IMG/VR virus record: IMGVR_UViG_3300010348_001053
DNA length: 22,795 nucleotides
Reading direction: 5' to 3' (one strand)
Source: a virus
Of this stretch, positions 7,292-13,790 are shown piece after piece. The position numbers and the translations under genes were made by a program. The number at the start of each line of letters is the position of its first letter. Position 1 is the stretch's first letter. The notes beneath the pieces are model-generated. The model saw only the letters and a program-made list of their open reading frames with translations. It ran no database searches and was not told where the DNA came from.

Positions 7292-8584
7292 TCACACAGT
7301 GATACCGAACACGCCACCCTGGAGAGAACTGGTTCCGTCAACATCAGACTTGTCGATCAAAGTCTCAGCGAATGAGATAGTAAACCGCTTGGTCGGGTTG
7401 GTGCTTGGTGCAAGTTCAGTGAATACCTCAGGATAGAGGACACGGTACTTGAGATAGTTCAGGTCCAGAAGGAAGAAAGACCCATTTGCTCCGGTCGTGG
7501 TCGGAAGGTAGATAGATGGAACTACCGGCACCTTACCGGATCCGGGGAGATTGATGGTGATGTTCTCAATACCGTAATCCTGGTCAGACTTCTGCTGATA
7601 CCGGATGTATTCCTCCATACCAATCGTGATGATATTGTAGGTGGAATAGTCACAGATTGCGACGTTTGGCACAAGACCGTCCTGCATCATCTTCCGGTTT
7701 GAGTCCTTGATGAGCGGCTTGAGTTCGTCCCAGGTATCGACACCTGCATCTGCGGTCTCGTAGTTAGGGTCGTCAGTGTTGTTGTGGATGAGCTCGTAGA
7801 GACCGGGGTACTCATACTGACCGGCCGGAGTGAATGCCGGGTCTGCGGTATATGTAGAGGTGACACCGAGGGTTCTTCGTTCCCTGAGCTGCTTGAGCAT
7901 TTCAGTGTGAGCGAGAAGCTCGATAGACATCAGGTCACGGGCCGGCACCTGGGCCATGCCTGCGTACTGTGCAAACTGAGTTACCGCTGCGGTGGTCCAT
8001 GCGATCTTGATATCTGCGGTTCGCCGCTTTGGATCCATGTCGGATTCGACAAGGTTCGGTGATTCAGGACCGAATGAAGCGCTACCTGCTCCACCCGCCG
8101 GGATAGCATCCCAGAGAGCGACTGCACCGGGATTTGGTTCTTTGCCGATGAGAGCCTGGACCGGGAGCGGACGCATGAACAGACTGGTGATCTGCTGGTC
8201 GTAGATGGAATGCATCAGGTTTGAGCTGGAGTCTGCTGCCTTCTTGATCTCGTCTTCAGATACTCCTACCTTTGAGAGTGATGCTTTCCGAATCTCGTTC
8301 AGACCGTCAACATACTTCACCTTGGCGGCTTCGATGTCGTTGGTAAACCCGCTCATAGAGTATCCCGGATTCAGGATAGCCTTCTTGATAAGGTTCGGAT
8401 CAATTGCATCTACCACAACGCCTGATACAGCGGTCTGAAGTCCGTTTGCCTGTGCCTGTGCAATGGACTGAGCCATTGACTTCTTGATCTCGTAGAGATT
8501 GACGTCAGTCTGTGCATTGCCAAGGTTACCCCAGAATGCCTGACCGAGAGCCACATCTTCTTTAGTTGCGTGTCTTCCTGCCAT
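7292..8584 (-). CDS. Major capsid protein precursor (HK97 fold expected; 430 aa from the preferred start)
   Basis: Follows the prohead protease; size; GLYELI and GKVPVVPSIYLP-type motifs; GGAGG SD favours ATG at 8584 over 8596; N-terminal ~116 aa helical with four IxK[AS] motifs (probable propeptide). Confidence 0.85.
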   Translation of the reverse strand: MAGRHATKEDVALGQAFWGNLGNAQTDVNLYEIKKSMAQSIAQAQANGLQTAVSGVVVDAIDPNLIKKAILNPGYSMSGFTNDIEAAKVKYVDGLNEIRKASLSKVGVSEDEIKKAADSSSNLMHSIYDQQITSLFMRPLPVQALIGKEPNPGAVALWDAIPAGGAGSASFGPESPNLVESDMDPKRRTADIKIAWTTAAVTQFAQYAGMAQVPARDLMSIELLAHTEMLKQLRERRTLGVTSTYTADPAFTPAGQYEYPGLYELIHNNTDDPNYETADAGVDTWDELKPLIKDSNRKMMQDGLVPNVAICDYSTYNIITIGMEEYIRYQQKSDQDYGIENITINLPGSGKVPVVPSIYLPTTTGANGSFFLLDLNYLKYRVLYPEVFTELAPSTNPTKRFTISFAETLIDKSDVDGTSSLQGGVFGITV

Positions 8585-8595
8585 AGTTTCCTCCA

Positions 8596-9828
8596 TCAGA
8601 ACTGACCGGCCATGAGTAGTGCCGGGTTCGTGTCACCGGACGGAGATTCCGGAGTTTTTGCCTTCTGTACAATATCTTCAGACTTGACAAGGGTCTGATC
8701 CACGATGACCTTCCGGTCCCTGGGTTTCGTCTCTTCAAGTTCCAGAACCGCTTTCCGGAGAATGTCGTTATCTTCCCGGAGCTGCTGGATGGTATCATTG
8801 AGTTCTGGAATTGAGGCTATTGCTTTGCGGATCTCTTCAGGGAGGTCTGGGAACGCTTTCTTGATTGCACATCCCTTTTCTACCTCTTCCTCTTCAGGAT
8901 CCTCATCATCCTCATATCCGTCATCAGGATACTCTTCTTCCTCATCCTCAAGCTCTGCTTTCTGGACTTCATCGCCGCCGCCCATCTGGTCCTTAAGCTC
9001 CTGGAGCTCCTGGAGGACCATTGTCAGCCCTTCGGCAATTGTGGATACCTGATCCTGGATATCGGGACCATTATCCTCATATTCCGCATCGCCGTAATCC
9101 TCATCGGCCTTCTCGATATCATCCGGCTCGACGCTGGTCATTTCCTCAACAGCCTGTTCGAGTGCGGACAATCTCTCTGATAGAGAGGTAAGGGCACCTA
9201 CAACCTGCTGTTCAAAGTCATTTCCAGTAGGAGCGGATTCGGCTGGTGCGTCTGTAGTATCAACCATGTCGATTTTCTCCATACTACCGTCTGCCGTTTC
9301 ATGAACGGGGGCAGAATCGGAATTCATAGATTTTACAACGATGCCCTTCACGATTTCAACAAAAGTGGACGGATTTATGGCATTACCCGCCGGACACACG
9401 GATATTGAGTCTAAATGCAATTTTAATGTCTTACATGGCTCATTCCGTCTATCCGGATGAATTTTGCAGGACTTTGATCCTTCGACTCGTCGCCCATAGA
9501 TACTGTACTGAGCCAGTTCACCGGACTTGATCCGGGACCAGACATCATCACAATCATCTGTATTTTTGATAGTTCCCTGAATCATCAGGGCACCATCCGG
9601 GTTCATAGTCGCGGACGTGACAAGACCGATGGGTCGTTCTGTGTGGTCCAAATGCAATACCGGTAATGCCATGAAGTTATCAAGTGCGTCTGCTACTGCA
9701 GATGACAAGACCAGTTCATTTTCCCGGTCCACCTGCGGGATAGAGGCACAACCTCTGATTACCCGCTGGTCTCCTTCCTCCGCCCAGGATAAATCCATTG
9801 TGAGGATAGGAGTCTCGAAATCAGACAT
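8596..9828 (-). CDS. Prohead (maturation) protease, HK97/S78-like, with acidic scaffold-like C-terminal extension (410 aa)
   Basis: RVIRGCAS...DRENE...LHLDH...PIG...YSIYG...ISVCP..AINP with candidate catalytic His and Ser; D/E-rich C-terminal half; promoter motif 33 nt upstream. Confidence 0.9.
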   Translation of the reverse strand: MSDFETPILTMDLSWAEEGDQRVIRGCASIPQVDRENELVLSSAVADALDNFMALPVLHLDHTERPIGLVTSATMNPDGALMIQGTIKNTDDCDDVWSRIKSGELAQYSIYGRRVEGSKSCKIHPDRRNEPCKTLKLHLDSISVCPAGNAINPSTFVEIVKGIVVKSMNSDSAPVHETADGSMEKIDMVDTTDAPAESAPTGNDFEQQVVGALTSLSERLSALEQAVEEMTSVEPDDIEKADEDYGDAEYEDNGPDIQDQVSTIAEGLTMVLQELQELKDQMGGGDEVQKAELEDEEEEYPDDGYEDDEDPEEEEVEKGCAIKKAFPDLPEEIRKAIASIPELNDTIQQLREDNDILRKAVLELEETKPRDRKVIVDQTLVKSEDIVQKAKTPESPSGDTNPALLMAGQF

Positions 9829-9855
9829 CTGCCAACGAGATTCGAGTCAGAGTAA

Positions 9856-9872
9856 ATAAACGGGAAATAAAA
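9856..9872 (-). promoter_or_regulatory. Viral promoter motif upstream of the protease-capsid operon
   Basis: TTTTATTTCCCGTTTAT; 33 nt to ATG 9828. Confidence 0.75.
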
Positions 9873-9879
9873 TAACTAC

Positions 9880-9887
9880 AAAAAAAA
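9880..9887 (-). terminator. Oligo-T (T8) terminator candidate
   Basis: Minus strand TAA TTTTTTTT immediately upstream of the protease promoter. Confidence 0.5.
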
Positions 9888-9985
9888 TTAGATTTTGCGA
9901 GTGAACAGATACTTCAGCCGGGTTTTAAAATCAGCCTTCCGTGCCCGGATACCAGTCTCATACATCCGCAAGGAGACCTCCGGTT

Positions 9986-10393
9986 TCAACCGGGGGAGAA
10001 ATTGCGGTCTTGTTCCTGAATATATCGTTGAATTGTGTCAGATGACACGTTGCCTGCTGTACCCACATAATAACTTGGATTCCAAATAGATCCTTTCCTA
10101 AACATCGTTCTTAATTCAGGATATACAGAATACAGTCGTTTAGCAGAAACACCTTTTAAAATCTTGATAACTCCTGTAGGACTTTCGTATGGAGGAGTTG
10201 AAAGAAACAGATGGATATGGTCTGGCATAATCTTGAGTTCGAGAATATCCCAGTTTTTAGTTAGACATATTGTTCTAATAGTTTTCTCCAGTTCTTCTGC
10301 TATATGTTGAATTAAAATCTGTTTCCGGTATTTCGGACACCATACAAAATGATAATTGATCAGATATACAGCAGACGAGATTTTCTTTTCCAT
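9986..10393 (-). CDS. tnpA: IS200-type Y1 HUH transposase (135 aa)
   Basis: YHFVWCPKYR, HUH motif DHIHL, catalytic Tyr in IQRYIQEQ. Confidence 0.95.
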   Translation of the reverse strand: MEKKISSAVYLINYHFVWCPKYRKQILIQHIAEELEKTIRTICLTKNWDILELKIMPDHIHLFLSTPPYESPTGVIKILKGVSAKRLYSVYPELRTMFRKGSIWNPSYYVGTAGNVSSDTIQRYIQEQDRNFSPG

Positions 10394-10432
10394 ACCATAA
10401 GGTATTTGTTTTTGTAGAACATATGATTATGC

Positions 10433-11509
10433 ATGCAGAGATCAGTAACGATCTGGATCCCGAAATCAGACGATTTAGTGGATACTATCGTTCAGTATAA
10501 CTCTGCATGTAACGATTGTTTGAAATGGGGATTTGGAAATAAGACTTATAACAAGTCGAAAATTCACAAAGCAACATACGAAGATATTAGAACCAGATAT
10601 CCAGATCTCCAATCTTCTTTAGTATGTGCTGCAAGAGATCAAGCAGCAGATATGCTAAAGCGGGAAAAACTCAAACGGTTTCCGAAAAAGAAGACATTTT
10701 CAGGCATTCGATATAACGCTCGTACAATATCTGTATCTGCAGATGGATCAAAAGTATCTCTCTCAACTATTGCAGGAAGATACAGATTTGATCTGAATAT
10801 CCCCAAATATTTTCAGAAGTATGGAACAGGAAAACTCTGTGCAGCAACCATGTCTTGTCAGAACGATAAGATTAAACTGGTCCTGAATTTCGAGTTTAAT
10901 CCGATTCAGAAATGTGAAAATTCAAAAGTATTGGGGATAGATAGAGGAATCATTAATCCGGTTGTTACTTCCGATAACGGTTTTTTTAACTCGAAAAAAC
11001 TTCGATCAGTGAAAGGAAGATATCAGTACCAGAGAAGGAAACTTCAACAGAAAGGCACTCGATCTGCAAAACGAAGATTAAAACAGATCTCGCAGAAAGA
11101 GACTCGGTTTGTAACTGATATGAATCACTGTATAAGCAAACAGATCGCAGATTCCGATTTTGGAATATTTGTTCTTGAGAAACTGGAAATAAAACGATCC
11201 AAGAAAGTGGGGAAGAAGTTCAATCGCAAACTGGGTAACTGGTCGTTTGCTCAATTCTCAAAATTGCTTGAGTATAAAGCAGAAGATAGGGGTAAGATCG
11301 TAATCTATATAGATCCAAGATACACTTCTCAAAAATGTTCAGTTTGTGGAAACACTGAAAAATCTAACCGAAAAGGATCAAAATTTATCTGTAAAAAATG
11401 TCAGTTTTCTCTTAATGCCGATCTGAATGCTGCTAGAAACATTGCTCAATTGGGTATATCTCAAATGAGTAGGCTGCTTGTCAACCAGCCAACCGTAGCG
11501 TCCTGTTAA
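10433..11509 (+). CDS. tnpB: RNA-guided endonuclease TnpB (358 aa)
   Basis: RuvC residues GIDRG / VLEKL / NADLNAARNI; zinc finger CSVC...CKKC. Confidence 0.95.
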   Translation: MQRSVTIWIPKSDDLVDTIVQYNSACNDCLKWGFGNKTYNKSKIHKATYEDIRTRYPDLQSSLVCAARDQAADMLKREKLKRFPKKKTFSGIRYNARTISVSADGSKVSLSTIAGRYRFDLNIPKYFQKYGTGKLCAATMSCQNDKIKLVLNFEFNPIQKCENSKVLGIDRGIINPVVTSDNGFFNSKKLRSVKGRYQYQRRKLQQKGTRSAKRRLKQISQKETRFVTDMNHCISKQIADSDFGIFVLEKLEIKRSKKVGKKFNRKLGNWSFAQFSKLLEYKAEDRGKIVIYIDPRYTSQKCSVCGNTEKSNRKGSKFICKKCQFSLNADLNAARNIAQLGISQMSRLLVNQPTVASC

Positions 11510-11566
11510 GGATAGTTACAAGCCACCGGTTTTAACCGGTGGTAGTTGACTCCTCATCCCCTTTCT
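11400..11566 (+). ncRNA. Predicted omegaRNA (reRNA) of the first TnpB; guide TCCTCATCCCCTTTCT from the right flank
   Basis: Established for IS200/IS605: scaffold overlaps the tnpB 3' end and right end, guide is the adjacent flank. The 5' boundary is approximate. Confidence 0.55.
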
Positions 11567-12425
11567 TCCGCCGGGATTTTTTCGTCTCAACCGGTTCTTC
11601 TTCGTTCGGTTCGTTCGCAGTCGTAAGATTCTCATCGCTTCCGTTCGCGGTCTCAACCGGTCCTTTCAGACACGGTACAATCCGACAGAAACATCGTTCC
11701 AGGTGCCGCCGGTCCGGGTTATCCGAGATATCACCGGGATAGAGCATGAGACATCCGGGTATCTTTTTCGTTAAGTTCTCCGGGTCTAACTGGTCAGGAA
11801 CTTTGAACGCTTCGTTTACCGGGACTACTACAGAGTTCATGTCATCATGATCAGACCCTGAAACCCATCTCTTGAACGGAGCGTATTCAATCAACCGGGT
11901 ATAGTATCCTGCGTTCCATGCATGGTTACATCCTATCCGGATATCCTCTTCGATCCGGGGGATCCATCGCCGGTTGATATCCGCTTCGACATCATCAATC
12001 AGCTTTGTTATCCCTTTGGACCTGCTCATGATGATCCGTTTGATCGCATCGTTCCGGATTTTAACCGTGGATGCAAGAAGAGTCATGAGATAATTGGTCT
12101 CGCTGACCGCTCCTTCTTCCCGGTCAGCTTTTGTGATGATCGCCGGGACCGATACCGGATGATAGTGATCAACGGTTGCGATATCGGTTATTGACCGTGC
12201 GACTGATTCAAGGTATATCGCTTCGATATGGCGGCTTGCAATAGACCGGAGTCTCGATAACGTTATCTCACCGGTTCCAAGTATCTGTACTTCGATATCC
12301 TCTTCTGAGTTCGCCGCGTCACATGCATACCGGATACGTGACCGGATGTTACTCCGTTCCGCCCGGAGTTCTACCAGCACGTCTTTTATGAACGCATTTG
12401 ACATTGAGATAACTGGATCGGTCAT
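11532..12425 (-). CDS. Head morphogenesis protein, SPP1 gp7 / Mu gpF-like (297 aa; C-terminus now supplied by the IS right end)
   Basis: KRWVSG.DH....VVVPVNEAFKVP...MLYPGD...CFCRIVP matches the gp7/MuF C-terminal motif; last residues (STTTG*) are read from the IS right-end sequence. Confidence 0.8.
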   Translation of the reverse strand: MTDPVISMSNAFIKDVLVELRAERSNIRSRIRYACDAANSEEDIEVQILGTGEITLSRLRSIASRHIEAIYLESVARSITDIATVDHYHPVSVPAIITKADREEGAVSETNYLMTLLASTVKIRNDAIKRIIMSRSKGITKLIDDVEADINRRWIPRIEEDIRIGCNHAWNAGYYTRLIEYAPFKRWVSGSDHDDMNSVVVPVNEAFKVPDQLDPENLTKKIPGCLMLYPGDISDNPDRRHLERCFCRIVPCLKGPVETANGSDENLTTANEPNEEEPVETKKSRRKKGDEESTTTG

Positions 12426-12562
12426 GAGTAATCAAACCCTCTTCCGGAGATATTCACGTTGATTTGAACGCATTCATCGCCGGGTATTACTGCGTTGATG
12501 CAATACGGCTGATAGATACACGCTGAACAATTCGGCTGAAAATAGGGGGGAAGATCAGACAT
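12422..12562 (-). CDS. Small Cys-rich protein (46 aa; below ORF-track cut-off)
   Basis: MSDLPPYFQPNCSACIYQPYCINAVIPGDECVQINVNISGRGFDYS; promoter motif 33 nt upstream; stop overlaps the gp7-like start (ATGA). Confidence 0.6.
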   Translation of the reverse strand: MSDLPPYFQPNCSACIYQPYCINAVIPGDECVQINVNISGRGFDYS

Positions 12563-12589
12563 CTACCGGAGTATTTGGTGTGAAATGAA

Positions 12590-12603
12590 ATAAACGGGAA
12601 TTA
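12590..12603 (-). promoter_or_regulatory. Viral promoter motif upstream of the Cys-rich peptide/gp7-like operon
   Basis: TAATTCCCGTTTAT; 33 nt to ATG 12562. Confidence 0.7.
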
Positions 12604-12906
12604 CGGTTTACTCATCTTCGCCTGAATGGCAACCAGTAATTCCTCAACCGTGCATTGTTCTACGAATTTGTTCCGGATGTTAGTCATATCAACGTCCGGC
12701 TGGTGCCATATGACTAATCCCTCATCATGAACGATAATCTCAAGGTTGACAATTGTACGAGTATGCATTATTACATTGGAATCGTAACTCTGCATTCTGT
12801 TCCATTCATGATTCATAGAACAACTGATAAGAGAACCATTCTCTATCTTGAGAAGGTTGTCTCCCATCATTCCCGCAAAGTTTACCGTCGAGTTTTGTGC
12901 AAACAT
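12601..12906 (-). CDS. Hypothetical protein (101 aa)
   Basis: Abuts 12906-13103; its TAA is part of the next promoter motif. Confidence 0.65.
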   Translation of the reverse strand: MFAQNSTVNFAGMMGDNLLKIENGSLISCSMNHEWNRMQSYDSNVIMHTRTIVNLEIIVHDEGLVIWHQPDVDMTNIRNKFVEQCTVEELLVAIQAKMSKP

Positions 12907-13103
12907 CAGTATCTGCAGGTACAGATATCCATGTCGGCTACGTCAGCATCCTTGAACGCTTCCAGGTCTGCTTTCATATCCGCCAGGATCTTTTCTGTTC
13001 GTTCGATGTCCATCATCTTTTGAATAAGGATATTCCGGGCTTTTTCTTCCTTTTTGTTCTGAATATCCGTCTGTGCTGCTTCGAGTAGTTCACCTACTTT
13101 CAT
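12906..13103 (-). CDS. Hypothetical coiled-coil protein (65 aa)
   Basis: Heptad-like K/E/L pattern; promoter motif 31 nt upstream. Confidence 0.65.
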   Translation of the reverse strand: MKVGELLEAAQTDIQNKKEEKARNILIQKMMDIERTEKILADMKADLEAFKDADVADMDICTCRY

Positions 13104-13124
13104 ACAAAAGAATAGGGGTTGTGT

Positions 13125-13142
13125 GATATTATACGGGAATTA
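13125..13142 (-). promoter_or_regulatory. Viral promoter motif upstream of the 65-aa ORF
   Basis: TAATTCCCGTATAATATC; 31 nt to ATG 13103. Confidence 0.7.
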
Positions 13143-13727
13143 CGAGTTGCCCCACTGAAAAGCCATTGCATCTGCAATTCCCTGATATGTCCTTGATCTC
13201 TCTTTCCACCGGTCAGGTGAAGGAGCCAGTTTATTCTGTCCTGATGCGGTTTGATTCTCCCACCTTCCGGATTCAGGTTTCTCAAGAATATTTGTTGGTT
13301 TAAGAAGAGGGAGATTCTTCAGCCATAAACAGGTGGATTTACTTTCCGGGTGTCCGAATTGCCACGGCTGAATAATCTGTTCTGGTTTTCTGATAACGGT
13401 TGATAAACATCCGATAGGATTTTCAATTGCAATCTTTTCTATCGGAGCATTCATCAATAATTTTACAAATTCTATTGCATCATCGGTCTGTTTCTGTCTC
13501 TCTGGTCTTCGCTTGTTCCAATGTAATCCGGACGAACATAGATAGGTACAGGGAGGATGAGCGATCATCAGATCCCACCCGTCGTTCAGAATATCCCGGA
13601 CATCTCCCTGGTAATGGTCTCCGGGTTTGTCGCTTGGAAGAATGTCCGAGCTGACAGCACGGTGTCCGAGCTGGGCGAAGGCATCTCGTACGGTTCCAGA
13701 AAATTCACATGCAACAAGAACCCGCAT
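13140..13727 (-). CDS. Phage-type DNA (cytosine-5) methyltransferase-like protein (195 aa)
   Basis: MRVLVACEFSG (SAM-binding motif I variant), HPPC (catalytic PC), IENP (motif VI), QPWQFG; promoter motif 31 nt upstream. Confidence 0.8.
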   Translation of the reverse strand: MRVLVACEFSGTVRDAFAQLGHRAVSSDILPSDKPGDHYQGDVRDILNDGWDLMIAHPPCTYLCSSGLHWNKRRPERQKQTDDAIEFVKLLMNAPIEKIAIENPIGCLSTVIRKPEQIIQPWQFGHPESKSTCLWLKNLPLLKPTNILEKPESGRWENQTASGQNKLAPSPDRWKERSRTYQGIADAMAFQWGNS

Positions 13728-13746
13728 CCATAATAATAATGGGTAT

Positions 13747-13766
13747 GAGATATTATACGGGAATTA
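13747..13766 (-). promoter_or_regulatory. Viral promoter motif upstream of the methyltransferase
   Basis: TAATTCCCGTATAATATCTC; 31 nt to ATG 13727. Confidence 0.7.
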
Positions 13767-13790
13767 CGCTGCCGCAGTTGCTGACGAATT

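Larger units (their letters stand above)
9962..11550 (+). mobile_element. IS200/IS605-family element, IS605 group (divergent tnpA + tnpB)
   Basis: Left-end hairpin CCTCCGG-TTTCAA-CCGGGGG preceded by guide GAGA, predicting target TCxT, matched by TCAT at 9958-9961. Right-end hairpin CCACCGG-TTTTAA-CCGGTGG with guide CAAG and end motif TGAC at 11547-11550. AT-rich and CCGG-poor relative to flanks. Confidence 0.9.

Noticed and set aside
8890-8945. TCATCC/TCTTCC-like tandem repeats, including a partial match to the first TnpB TAM plus guide
   Set aside because: They encode the Asp/Glu-rich protease linker; the match to the guide breaks after about 6 nt, too short to imply self-targeting.
9901-9907. 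A further GTGAACA next to the first IS
   Set aside because: A single 7-mer is expected by chance in 23 kb on both strands; it is not at the IS junction.
13100-13285. 61-aa minus-strand ORF
   Set aside because: Overlaps the methyltransferase 3' end and crosses a promoter motif.
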